Source of the DNA: a virus
DNA length: 56,618 nt
Strand: one strand, 5' to 3'
Virus record (IMG/VR): IMGVR_UViG_3300045391_004489
The position numbers and the translations under genes are program-made. How positions within the stretch are numbered: the first letter of the stretch is position 1; every line of letters begins with the position of its first letter. This document shows positions 7,281-14,855 of this stretch, piece by piece. The notes below the pieces were generated by a model. That model had not been told where the DNA came from. It saw only the letters and a list, made by a program, of their open reading frames with translations, and ran no database searches.

Positions 7281-7568
7281 ATGAATAGCAAGAAGTCCGC
7301 CGCCCCGGTGATGGGCACCATCCACCGTGGCATGCCCATGTACCGAGTGGTACTGTGCGGACAGGTTGAGTTCGACACACTGAGTGACAGGGAGTACACT
7401 CCTCATCTGCCGATTGTGACTTGCGCCTCCTGTATACAGATAGAGAAGGAGCTGCGAGCAAAGCCCGGCAAACCGCTGCCTAAAAGCCGCACCCGGCGGA
7501 TCATCGACACCCTGGGTATGGGCGAACCTGTCAATCTAGAGGAAATCTGGAACAGTGACTATGAGTGA
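7281..7568 (+). CDS. Hypothetical protein
   Basis: ORF track; strong SD. Confidence 0.6.
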   Translation: MNSKKSAAPVMGTIHRGMPMYRVVLCGQVEFDTLSDREYTPHLPIVTCASCIQIEKELRAKPGKPLPKSRTRRIIDTLGMGEPVNLEEIWNSDYE

Positions 7569-8148
7569 GTTTCTCGACGGGTACCCCTCCGCCGGGCTTG
7601 AGCCAGTCGCGGGCGACCGCGGCTGGTGCAAGGTCTGCGGCGGTGTCCTGGTGTGGACAGAGATCGACGCCCTGATGTCGGGCGGATGGCGACATCTTAT
7701 CGAGTTTAACTACGGCCGAGGATCGTCCGAGAATCACATGCCCGAGCTGGGCGACGTGATGTTCGACACTCCTACCTCGCCCTCGGCCCTGCAGATCACG
7801 CTGGTCTACGCCGACCAGATTCTGCACAACGGCGCGGCGACCATGCCGACCGGCTGTGAGGGCGCCGAGGCCCTGGACCTGCTGGACCACTGGAAGGCCT
7901 CGCTGATCATGAGCCCCTCGTGGGTCAATCTGCTGCAGGTCAAGCTGGCGCAGGTCAGGGCGTGTGGAAGCGGCGATGACGACGATCTACAGGCCTGCCT
8001 GGTAGAGCTGATGGGAGCATGTTTTGCGTGGATCAGGGGTGGCACAAAGACTGTGCAGGGAGATCGAGTGGCTGATAGCGGAGATGTTCTACATATGCTG
8101 GGTGCTGACGGCTATCCTCTTCGTCGTGGTCGGGATAACGCCGCCTGA
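7555..8148 (+). CDS. Hypothetical protein
   Basis: ORF track; overlaps the upstream stop; start may be ATG 7561. Confidence 0.6.
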   Translation: MTMSEFLDGYPSAGLEPVAGDRGWCKVCGGVLVWTEIDALMSGGWRHLIEFNYGRGSSENHMPELGDVMFDTPTSPSALQITLVYADQILHNGAATMPTGCEGAEALDLLDHWKASLIMSPSWVNLLQVKLAQVRACGSGDDDDLQACLVELMGACFAWIRGGTKTVQGDRVADSGDVLHMLGADGYPLRRGRDNAA

Positions 8149-8167
8149 GCACGAGCGCGCCGGACTT

Positions 8168-8195
8168 TTGGCACTGGCGACGGGGATGATAGCAT
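8168..8195 (+). promoter_or_regulatory. Promoter (TTGGCA-N16-TAGCAT), near-leaderless
   Basis: The -10 is followed by 7 nt and then ATG 8203. Confidence 0.5.
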
Positions 8196-8202
8196 ATCGG
8201 TC

Positions 8203-8475
8203 ATGGGCATTGACGATGTCAAGATCAAGATCGCGGACGCATACCAGGCGCAGCTGATACGCAGGTCGATGGAGCTGCAGGACTTTCATCTCAGGCCGTT
8301 CCACGCGGAGCACGACAAGAACACGGTCTGCCTGACGTGCTTCAACATGAGGCTGCAGCGGGCCGGCTGGACCTACAAGTTCGGCGAGCGGGCCGTGGTG
8401 GTCAACCGATACGCAGGAGGAAAGGGTAGAATGACGAGGGCGGGGATGCCGGGGTCGAAGGTGAGGACACGATGA
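8203..8475 (+). CDS. Hypothetical protein
   Basis: ORF track. Confidence 0.55.
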   Translation: MGIDDVKIKIADAYQAQLIRRSMELQDFHLRPFHAEHDKNTVCLTCFNMRLQRAGWTYKFGERAVVVNRYAGGKGRMTRAGMPGSKVRTR

Positions 8476-8918
8476 CGCCTGACGAGAAGAGAGCGCTGGT
8501 CACCGCGCGGCTCGCGGATCGACTGCGGGAGGTGTTATTCGGCAGCGAGGAGACCAAGGACTGGACGGACATGGCCACGCGGGTGATGAACGGCTCGCCG
8601 GCGGAGCAGGTCGGATCGACCATCGTTCGATCGCACCAGCCTGGACTGTGGGAGGTCATGGCTCCGCTGATCCAGAGTCTCGAGGTGCGAGCCATACTGG
8701 AGAACAAGCTGGAGCGGTATCAGGGCATGCCGCTCACCGAGACGGTGGTGAGGGATATTCTCGAGGACATAGACCGCGTGATGGACACCATAAGCGGGGT
8801 CGTCGAGAATCGCAGACCGGTCTCAAGGAGTTTCAGCAACTCGGCAGTGTGGGGCGGTAGAATGGCTAGCGGAGCCGGGGGCGCCGTCCGGGCCGGTGGG
8901 GGGGAGGACGACGAGTGA
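8472..8918 (+). CDS. Hypothetical protein
   Basis: ORF track; ATGA coupling. Confidence 0.6.
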   Translation: MTPDEKRALVTARLADRLREVLFGSEETKDWTDMATRVMNGSPAEQVGSTIVRSHQPGLWEVMAPLIQSLEVRAILENKLERYQGMPLTETVVRDILEDIDRVMDTISGVVENRRPVSRSFSNSAVWGGRMASGAGGAVRAGGGEDDE

Positions 8919-9175
8919 CCGGGTGGCAGAGAGTCAAGCCTGAGCACAGATCGCTGGACAACGCCTTCACACGGGGCTCTGAGGAGCCCGGCGAGATGCA
9001 CTGGATCAAGCAGGCGCAGGGCAAGAAGGGGGGAGTCAAGCGAGAGACCTGGTGCGGGCTCGTCGAGAACATACAGAGTCTGGGCCGGGGGAGGTTCAAG
9101 GCCTCGTACGCTCGTCAGAATGTGACCTGTATGGACTGTCTGGTGGCTGAGGGACTGGGTACGGAGGGTGAGTGA
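8915..9175 (+). CDS. Hypothetical protein
   Basis: ORF track; coupled. Confidence 0.55.
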   Translation: MTGWQRVKPEHRSLDNAFTRGSEEPGEMHWIKQAQGKKGGVKRETWCGLVENIQSLGRGRFKASYARQNVTCMDCLVAEGLGTEGE

Positions 9176-9477
9176 TGGATCTGCGGGAGTTCATCCGGTG
9201 GCGCGAGAGTCTGGATGAGCAGGGACGGGCGGTGGCTCGAGAGATCGCCGCGGACATACTGTTCGGCGAGGTGTTCGCCGGCGACGCTCAGCTGTTCGAT
9301 CTGAGGGACGCGATAGTCGCACGAGTGGAACGACGACTCGCTGCCGCTGACGCTGAAGTCCTGGCTCGATGGCAGATCATCGAACCGAGCCAGGAGATGG
9401 AGATGGAGATGGAGATGGAGATGGAGGGTGGGACGCATGAGCCGCAGATCGGACGCTCAGAGGATCGTACGGACTGA
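9172..9477 (+). CDS. Hypothetical protein with (Glu-Met)n repeat
   Basis: ORF track; contains the GAGATG microsatellite. Confidence 0.55.
   Translation: MMDLREFIRWRESLDEQGRAVAREIAADILFGEVFAGDAQLFDLRDAIVARVERRLAAADAEVLARWQIIEPSQEMEMEMEMEMEGGTHEPQIGRSEDRTD
9394..9426 (+). repeat. Hexanucleotide microsatellite (GAGATG)x5.5
   Basis: gagatg repeated in tandem; encodes EMEMEMEMEME. Confidence 0.95.
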
Positions 9478-9667
9478 GCTCAGCAAGTGTCTGGTCGACC
9501 GTAGGATTAGGGAGAACATGGACGTCGGTGATCTGAGGGTCGTAGGACGACGGATCGTCGACGCGCTGCAGCCCATGTTCACCGAGCTGTGGAAGAACAA
9601 CTGTCCGGGCGGAGAGATCTCGTTCGAGGAGTGGTACATGGACCCTGAGGGGGAGCTCGATGGCTAG
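9428..9667 (+). CDS. Hypothetical protein
   Basis: ORF track; start may be ATG 9437. Confidence 0.5.
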   Translation: MGRMSRRSDAQRIVRTELSKCLVDRRIRENMDVGDLRVVGRRIVDALQPMFTELWKNNCPGGEISFEEWYMDPEGELDG

Positions 9668-10307
9668 GTCTGGTGCTGGTGCTGGGAACGAGCGGATGGT
9701 GCCCATGAGTATGGTGGACACCATGGTGAGGTCGAGGCTCGCGGAGATAGGGGCCGCCGCGGGAGTGAGCCACTCGAGGGTCGGTGTGGAGGTGTTGTTC
9801 AAGCTTCCGCCAGCCCTGCTGCTGGTGTACGAGCTGCTGTGGGATCTTAACATGTACGGTGAGAATAGCCCGGAGGTGGATGGTGGTAGGGACACTCGGG
9901 GGGCTGAAGCGGAGGTTGGAAAGGTGGGAGACCCTAAGAATCGGGGAGGTGGCGGTGGGGGGAGGACTCGAGACACTGACGCTTCTCGATCGCGGATGGC
10001 TGAAGTGGTGGTGCGCTCTGGCGGTAGCGCTCGGCGTGCTGCGCGTGGGGCATCACGGGGAAGCACTGCTCGAACTGCGGGAGTCGGAAACAGGGAGGCG
10101 GCAGAGATCAAGGCTCGTGCGGACAAGCGGCTTCGTGCTGTCGCTCGTGATGTGGCTGCTGAGTTGGCTGCTCTTGGTCTGGGGCTTGATCTTGCTACCG
10201 GGGAACTGATGGTTCAGGTGGGCGGAGTCGGGAATAAGGGGAATGGGGGGAATGAGGGTTTGGTCACCGGCGACGCGATGCGCGACGCAATCGATAAGCG
10301 CGATTAG
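9660..10307 (+). CDS. Hypothetical Gly/Arg/Ala-rich protein
   Basis: ORF track; codon usage (many NNT codons) differs from neighbouring genes. Confidence 0.45.
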   Translation: MARSGAGAGNERMVPMSMVDTMVRSRLAEIGAAAGVSHSRVGVEVLFKLPPALLLVYELLWDLNMYGENSPEVDGGRDTRGAEAEVGKVGDPKNRGGGGGGRTRDTDASRSRMAEVVVRSGGSARRAARGASRGSTARTAGVGNREAAEIKARADKRLRAVARDVAAELAALGLGLDLATGELMVQVGGVGNKGNGGNEGLVTGDAMRDAIDKRD

Positions 10308-10334
10308 GTGCCTCTCTAGGAGTGATGAGAGCTG

Positions 10335-10401
10335 TCTCTGCGCGATGGGTATATGCCGGGCCGATATATGAGTCGGTGAGGTGACGCTCATCGCGCAGAG
10401 A
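10335..10401. repeat. 13-bp perfect inverted repeat with 41-nt spacer
   Basis: tctctgcgcgatg (10335-10347) / catcgcgcagaga (10389-10401). Confidence 0.85.
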
Positions 10402-10647
10402 AGCGTTTAGGAGGGTCGGTGATCAGGGCTGGATCAGGGACGATCATACGTCATTCGTGGTTACACTATGATGGGTGAGGAAACTACGGGGTGCGAGAAG
10501 AGGTTGAGGGGGTGCCACAGTTGCTGGCGGTTCGTTCTCACTGAAATCTACGGGTCAAACTCCAGGCTGGGGTCCAGCTAACACTGTGGCTGGAGTTTAG
10601 TCAACACTCTACAGAGAGCTAGGAGGATTTACATAGCTATTCCCAGA

Positions 10648-10688
10648 GAAAATCCAAGCAAACATAAGGGAAAATCTGTCAAAAATCC
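10648..10688. other. Three phased A-tracts (GAAAATCY)
   Basis: gaaaatcc 10648, gaaaatct 10670, aaaaatcc 10681; spacings of 22 and 11 bp. Confidence 0.7.
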
Positions 10689-10941
10689 GCGAGGAGGTCG
10701 ACTAATCGTATTAGAACGTAGATACACTAAAAAACGCCTGACCTGCGGCGGGACATGACTCAACATCAGGAGTCGAATATCAACTACTAAAACATTTTGA
10801 GGGAGATTCCCAGATGTTTCTGGTGGTATCCCCGAGAAAAACCGGCCACGACACGGGTAAATCTGGGTTTAAACCGTCAGATATTCAGTGTTATGCTCGT
10901 CGGCCGAGGACGAAACGCTTCATAACAGAATCCGACGGCCC

Positions 10942-11015
10942 GCTCGCGGCGTGTGGAAAGTCATGACTGCTCGCGGTGTGGAGTGGACGTTTGTTTGATC
11001 GCGGCTCGCGGCGTT
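10942..11015. repeat. Iteron-like direct repeats GCTCGCGGYGT x3
   Basis: Copies start at 10942, 10969 and 11004, immediately upstream of the AT-rich tract. Confidence 0.7.
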
Positions 11016-11022
11016 CGCGAGG

Positions 11023-11054
11023 ATATATATGCATATTTATATAAGATTATTTTA
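11023..11054. other. AT-rich tract (possible DNA unwinding element)
   Basis: atatatatgcatatttatataagattatttta inside an otherwise GC-rich genome. Confidence 0.6.
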
Positions 11055-11202
11055 GGACTCTTGGGACTTTCCTGCCGGCCAGGAGCTCCGATCTCCGGAT
11101 TCTGCTGGAATCGCCACGGATCAGGATGTAGGGGTGGAAAACGGACATACTGGGACGTACCCGACGCGCGTTACGTGACCGTGAGAGGGCGTTTGGCGCC
11201 CC

Positions 11203-11240
11203 GTGATTGATATGATCCATACATGGATCATATCAATCAC
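11203..11240. repeat. Perfect palindrome, 18-bp arms with 2-nt centre
   Basis: gtgattgatatgatccat-ac-atggatcatatcaatcac. Confidence 0.95.
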
Positions 11241-11337
11241 GTAACGGGGGTCAAAGGCAGGAAAAGCTAAGCCACATATCGGGTGGATAACAAAGAATGG
11301 AATTCCTAGGAACTCCGTAGGGACATGATCGGACGAC

Positions 11338-11370
11338 GTGGTATGCTAGCATTCCGGCTCCGCTGATCTT
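11338..11370. repeat. Conserved intergenic element, copy 1 (contains ATGCTAGCAT palindrome)
   Basis: gtggtatgctagcattccggctccgctgatctt; 27 of 33 positions identical to 14823..14855. Confidence 0.8.
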
Positions 11371-11527
11371 GTCTCAGGGGGCTCGTGAGGGGGTGGCGAT
11401 TATATAACGCGCGCCCGCGCGTATACCACGGTACATGAGTGTTGTCAAGGACCGTGACCTAACTGAGGGTATGATCTTCGTTACCAAAAGATCTTGAAAA
11501 GTCGTCCGCTTTCGGGTGATTTGTCAC

Positions 11528-11556
11528 TTGACAGGGGGTCGGGGGAGTGAGATGAT
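11528..11556 (+). promoter_or_regulatory. Promoter (TTGACA-N17-GATGAT)
   Basis: cacTTGACAgggggtcgggggagtgaGATGAT; a 9-bp stem ggtcggggg/cccccgacc brackets the -10. Confidence 0.55.
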
Positions 11557-11594
11557 TTACCTATCGCCCCCCGACCGGGGGGCAAACCGAAGGG

Positions 11595-11996
11595 ATGATC
11601 AAGATGGCGAAGGTCGAGTACTCCACGAAGTCGCTCAGCGAGGAGATCGGCACCACCCCGAAGGAGCTGCGCAAGTTCCTGCGCAGCGACATGAGCGGCA
11701 TCGAGTCGGTGGGCAAGGGGGGCCGCTACACGATCGGCCTGACCGCCACCCAGCTCGGCAAGATGAAGAAGAGTTTCGCGAAGTGGGGCGAGGAGCTCGA
11801 GGCCAAGCGCGCCGCCAACGCCCAGCCGCTCACCGAGCAGACGGAGATCGACGCGCTCGCGATGATCGACGGGGAGAACGACGCGCCGATCGAGAACGAC
11901 GAGGAGATCGGCGACGACGCCGACGAACCCACCGACGCCGATCTGAACATGATCGACGAGGAGATCGAGCTCGACGAGGACGAGATCGAGGCCTGA
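11595..11996 (+). CDS. HTH-type DNA-binding protein with highly acidic C-terminal tail
   Basis: Paralogue of the 1504..2100 N-terminus; start may be ATG 11604; tail NDEEIGDDADEPTDADLNMIDEEIELDEDEIEA. Confidence 0.7.
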   Translation: MIKMAKVEYSTKSLSEEIGTTPKELRKFLRSDMSGIESVGKGGRYTIGLTATQLGKMKKSFAKWGEELEAKRAANAQPLTEQTEIDALAMIDGENDAPIENDEEIGDDADEPTDADLNMIDEEIELDEDEIEA

Positions 11997-12009
11997 TCTC
12001 AACGCCCTA

Positions 12010-12036
12010 CCACTCACCCCTTCGGGGGTGCAGTGG
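12010..12036 (+). terminator. Hairpin terminator
   Basis: ccact-cacccc-ttcg-ggggtg-c-agtgg. Confidence 0.6.
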
Positions 12037-12243
12037 TGTGTATGCCGACGCGGGTATCTCAAGGGGTTGGTGTGGAGCGTTGAGGATACTGCGTAGTATG
12101 TATGGGGGTGTATGTACACCGCGCGTACACGTCGGTATAAAGGGGTGTATCTGTCGTAGGGCGCCTCTGAGACAAGATCAAATAAGGTGGTATGCTGGCA
12201 TTGGGGACGACTTGATCTTGCGCCAGCGCGGCTAAATAGCTCC

Positions 12244-12272
12244 TTGACAACGTGGCGACTGGTGGATAGGAT
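12244..12272 (+). promoter_or_regulatory. Promoter (TTGACA-N17-TAGGAT)
   Basis: ccTTGACAacgtggcgactggtggaTAGGAT; leader hairpin ttgggg/ccccaa and SD aaagga. Confidence 0.6.
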
Positions 12273-12304
12273 TGGGGTATAACCCCAACCGAAAGGATCA
12301 TACG

Positions 12305-12526
12305 ATGAACGCTCGCGAGGCTCGCCGACGCAACCTCATCGCCTCCGGCGCCCCCCGACCGATCAATGTCGGATCGGTGATCACTCTGACTGAGCAGGTC
12401 GGTTCCCTGCCGGTCGACACCCGGGGTCTGGTCAAGGACTTCAACGACGATCGGTCCCACGCCTGGGTGACCCTGCTCGACGGTCGCGACAAGATCCTCC
12501 CGGTGAGCGCGATGCGCGCGGTCTGA
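12305..12526 (+). CDS. Hypothetical protein (73 aa)
   Basis: ATG 12305 after the SD; in frame with ORF 12272..12526. Confidence 0.6.
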   Translation: MNAREARRRNLIASGAPRPINVGSVITLTEQVGSLPVDTRGLVKDFNDDRSHAWVTLLDGRDKILPVSAMRAV

Positions 12527-12532
12527 CCCTCC

Positions 12533-12561
12533 TTGACACGACGCGGTTGCCGGGATATGAT
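12533..12561 (+). promoter_or_regulatory. Promoter (TTGACA-N17-TATGAT), leaderless
   Basis: The -10 is followed by exactly 6 nt and then ATG 12568. Confidence 0.75.
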
Positions 12562-12567
12562 CGAGGT

Positions 12568-12855
12568 ATGACCTCGACACCGCACACGAACTGCACCCAC
12601 CCCGCCACGAAGGCTGCGCGCGCCGCCTGCCGCCGGCAACGCGCCGCTGCCTCCACCGCCAACCGCGAGGCTCTCGCCGCGATCCTGACCTCCTTCTACG
12701 ACAACTCCGGCGACAGCGAGGAGATCGCCGCGAAGATCGACCTGCTCGCCGCACGCACCGGCGACGAGGCTCTCCGCACCGCCGCTCGCGGCTACTACGA
12801 CGGGTCGCTGACCATCGAGGAGATGATCTACACCGCTGCGCAGTCGAATCTCTGA
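12568..12855 (+). CDS. Hypothetical protein with N-terminal HTxCTHPATKAARAxCR module
   Basis: MTSTPHTNCTHPATKAARAACRRQRA...; paralogous N-terminus in 12997..13380. Confidence 0.65.
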   Translation: MTSTPHTNCTHPATKAARAACRRQRAAASTANREALAAILTSFYDNSGDSEEIAAKIDLLAARTGDEALRTAARGYYDGSLTIEEMIYTAAQSNL

Positions 12856-12866
12856 CATCCCCCGCT

Positions 12867-12886
12867 GAGGCGCCCACAGGGCGCTC
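12867..12886 (+). terminator. Hairpin terminator
   Basis: gaggcgccc-aca-gggcgctc. Confidence 0.5.
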
Positions 12887-12962
12887 TCGCGCTGTGTGGG
12901 GCAGTTGTATATGCCAGCATACCTGACACCTCATGACCGCCTCAAACAGCCCGATCTCGGCC

Positions 12963-12990
12963 TTGACATGGTTCCATGGGGTGGTATGAT
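12963..12990 (+). promoter_or_regulatory. Promoter (TTGACA-N16-TATGAT), leaderless
   Basis: The -10 is followed by 6 nt and then ATG 12997. Confidence 0.75.
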
Positions 12991-12996
12991 TTACCT

Positions 12997-13380
12997 ATGA
13001 CTCCGACCTCTCACACCGAATGCACGCACCCCGCGACCAAGGCGGCTCGCGCCAGGTGCCGTGCGCGTCGGGCTCAGTACATCAAGGATCACACCTTCGA
13101 GATCGAGTATAACCGCCTTGACGCTCTCACACAGGAGCGACACGCAGGTCGCAACGGTCTGATGACGACCGCCATGCACGCTCTCTGTGCAGGTGCCGAG
13201 AACGCCGACGCCACCGAAGGATACGAACCGGGCACTGAGGCCTGGTACTCACTCGCGATCTCGGGGTTCTGGTCGCTCATGAACGACACCGCCGGCGGTG
13301 ACCTGCGGTGGATGTACAACATCGAAGACTGCACCCGTGAAGAGCTCGAGGATCCGCCCTACAACTGGCTCGACGATTGA
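12997..13380 (+). CDS. Hypothetical protein with N-terminal HTxCTHPATKAARAxCR module
   Basis: MTPTSHTECTHPATKAARARCRARRA... Confidence 0.65.
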   Translation: MTPTSHTECTHPATKAARARCRARRAQYIKDHTFEIEYNRLDALTQERHAGRNGLMTTAMHALCAGAENADATEGYEPGTEAWYSLAISGFWSLMNDTAGGDLRWMYNIEDCTREELEDPPYNWLDD

Positions 13381-13395
13381 GATTAGGGGATTGAT

Positions 13396-13593
13396 ATGAC
13401 CAAGATCACCGAGATCGCGCTCGAGGTCGACAAGGTCGCCCAGGAGGCTGGCGAGGACCCTTACGAGATCTTCGTGAACGCGAGGAAGGGCGAGAACCTC
13501 GACTCGCCGCCTGTCGCTTACATCGCCCACATGATCGACAAGTGCTCGCAGTTCGACATCGCGCAGATCGACCGATTGGTCTTCGGGGAGTGA
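13396..13593 (+). CDS. Hypothetical protein (65 aa)
   Basis: SD agggga; second gene of a two-gene unit. Confidence 0.6.
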   Translation: MTKITEIALEVDKVAQEAGEDPYEIFVNARKGENLDSPPVAYIAHMIDKCSQFDIAQIDRLVFGE

Positions 13594-13606
13594 CATGGTT
13601 GCCGCC

Positions 13607-13635
13607 TTGACATTCGAGGTGGTAGGCGCTAGTAT
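13607..13635 (+). promoter_or_regulatory. Promoter (TTGACA-N17-TAGTAT), leaderless
   Basis: The -10 is followed by 6 nt and then ATG 13642. Confidence 0.75.
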
Positions 13636-13641
13636 CTAGGT

Positions 13642-13833
13642 ATGACGCTGAACACCGAACTCGCGATACTGCTCACCCAACGCTCCGATCTCATCCAGGT
13701 ACGCAAGGGCAAGACCCTGGAGCAGATGATCAAGTTCCTGATTGACGACTCAGGGTTCGACGACATCCACCCGGAAGATCGGTTCGAACTCGAACTCGCT
13801 CTCTCGGAGGAGCTCATGGAGATATTCTGCTGA
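13642..13833 (+). CDS. Hypothetical acidic protein (63 aa)
   Basis: ORF track; leaderless start. Confidence 0.65.
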   Translation: MTLNTELAILLTQRSDLIQVRKGKTLEQMIKFLIDDSGFDDIHPEDRFELELALSEELMEIFC

Positions 13834-13843
13834 AGAGCTCTGC

Positions 13844-13861
13844 GCGCCCCTCTGGGGGCGC
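13844..13861 (+). terminator. Hairpin terminator
   Basis: gcgcccc-tctg-ggggcgc. Confidence 0.55.
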
Positions 13862-13960
13862 CAGTAGCGTGTATGAGGTCATGCCTCATGCCAGCAATCC
13901 CTTCGATCCTGAGGCGCTCACAGAGCTTCCTACGGCGCTTAAAATCGCTCGCTGGCCGCC

Positions 13961-13989
13961 TTGACTGCCGGCGCAGGAGGGGGTAGTAT
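13961..13989 (+). promoter_or_regulatory. Promoter (TTGACT-N17-TAGTAT), leaderless
   Basis: The -10 is followed by 6 nt and then ATG 13996. Confidence 0.75.
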
Positions 13990-13995
13990 ATAGGC

Positions 13996-14286
13996 ATGAC
14001 GACATACAACATCACCACCGCCCGCCGCACCCCCAACCGCCGGGTGACGAAGTTCACGAAGATCATCGTCTCGCTGATCTTGGCGCCCTTCTTGATCGCT
14101 GCCTTCGTCGGAACGGGCATCGGAATCGCCGACGCGATCCACCACCCCGCTGCCGCCACCGTCACGAAGAGTGACAACACCGTCACGAACTACAACGACG
14201 GTTGGATCGACGCCAAGCGCGACGACTGCGAGCAGGGGGTCAAGATCGCCTGCCAGTGGCTTGATCAGCAACACATCTCCCACTAA
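13996..14286 (+). CDS. Membrane-anchored small protein (96 aa)
   Basis: TM segment IIVSLILAPFLIAAFVGTGIGIA after a basic N-terminus. Confidence 0.65.
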   Translation: MTTYNITTARRTPNRRVTKFTKIIVSLILAPFLIAAFVGTGIGIADAIHHPAAATVTKSDNTVTNYNDGWIDAKRDDCEQGVKIACQWLDQQHISH

Positions 14287-14294
14287 ACATCTCG

Positions 14295-14324
14295 CCCTGC
14301 CCCCTTGACACCGAGGGGGCAGGG
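14295..14324 (+). terminator. 10-bp perfect hairpin whose loop contains the next -35 hexamer
   Basis: ccctgccccc / gggggcaggg; loop ttgacaccga. Confidence 0.6.
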
Positions 14325-14333
14325 TGGTATTAT
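14305..14333 (+). promoter_or_regulatory. Promoter (TTGACA-N17-TATTAT), leaderless
   Basis: The -10 is followed by 6 nt and then ATG 14340. Confidence 0.7.
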
Positions 14334-14339
14334 CTAGGC

Positions 14340-14576
14340 ATGAACAAAAACGAACTCGACGCCCTCGCTATCTCGCTCCTCGCCACCGACAACATCGCCG
14401 ACATCATCGCCGACGGGCACGACCAGGCGACTGACGACGAAAACGGCTTCGCCATCGCCGCCGGCAGCTTGATCGAAGACTACCGCGAACTGAACGACAT
14501 CTCCGACGAAGACGCTTTCGATCTTGAAGAGATCATCTGCGAGATGATGATCAACGGCGAATCCGCCAACGACTGA
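14340..14576 (+). CDS. Very acidic small protein (78 aa)
   Basis: By my count 22 Asp/Glu versus 2 Lys/Arg; leaderless start. Confidence 0.65.
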   Translation: MNKNELDALAISLLATDNIADIIADGHDQATDDENGFAIAAGSLIEDYRELNDISDEDAFDLEEIICEMMINGESAND

Positions 14577-14578
14577 CC

Positions 14579-14608
14579 TTGACACAACGAGGCAACACGA
14601 GGTATGAT
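14579..14608 (+). promoter_or_regulatory. Promoter (TTGACA-N18-TATGAT), leaderless
   Basis: The -10 is followed by 6 nt and then ATG 14615. Confidence 0.7.
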
Positions 14609-14614
14609 ATTCCT

Positions 14615-14773
14615 ATGATGATGACGATGATCGATCGAATCCCGACCCGCTTCTTCGAAACCCGCGCTGCGCTGATCGCCTACCGCGTCGCCCGACTCTT
14701 CGATCGCCACGAATCGGGGATCGCCGCCGAAATCCGCGACGCGATCCGCGACAACTCCGATCTCCTCGACTGA
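14615..14773 (+). CDS. Hypothetical protein (52 aa)
   Basis: In-frame ATG of ORF 14579..14773 at the leaderless position. Confidence 0.5.
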   Translation: MMMTMIDRIPTRFFETRAALIAYRVARLFDRHESGIAAEIRDAIRDNSDLLD

Positions 14774-14782
14774 TCTCCTGCC

Positions 14783-14802
14783 AGGGGCGCTCACGCGCCC
14801 CT
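14783..14802 (+). terminator. Hairpin terminator
   Basis: aggggcg-ctcacg-cgcccct. Confidence 0.55.
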
Positions 14803-14822
14803 CTCAGGGCGTATCGCGCCGT

Positions 14823-14855
14823 GTGGAATGCCAGCTATCCGGCTCCACTGATCAT
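14823..14855. repeat. Conserved intergenic element, copy 2
   Basis: gtggaatgccagctatccggctccactgatcat; see 11338..11370. Confidence 0.8.

Noticed and set aside
9394-9426. CRISPR-like or other arrayed repeats
   Set aside because: The only tandem arrays are a 6-nt microsatellite and 10-nt repeats near 15310. There is no repeat-spacer organisation anywhere in the window.
10953-11210. 85-aa ORF (and a 52-aa ORF at 10814..10972) inside the non-coding island
   Set aside because: Both ORFs have poor codon bias. The 85-aa ORF spans the iterons and the AT-rich tract and has no convincing SD. A short peptide cannot be fully excluded.
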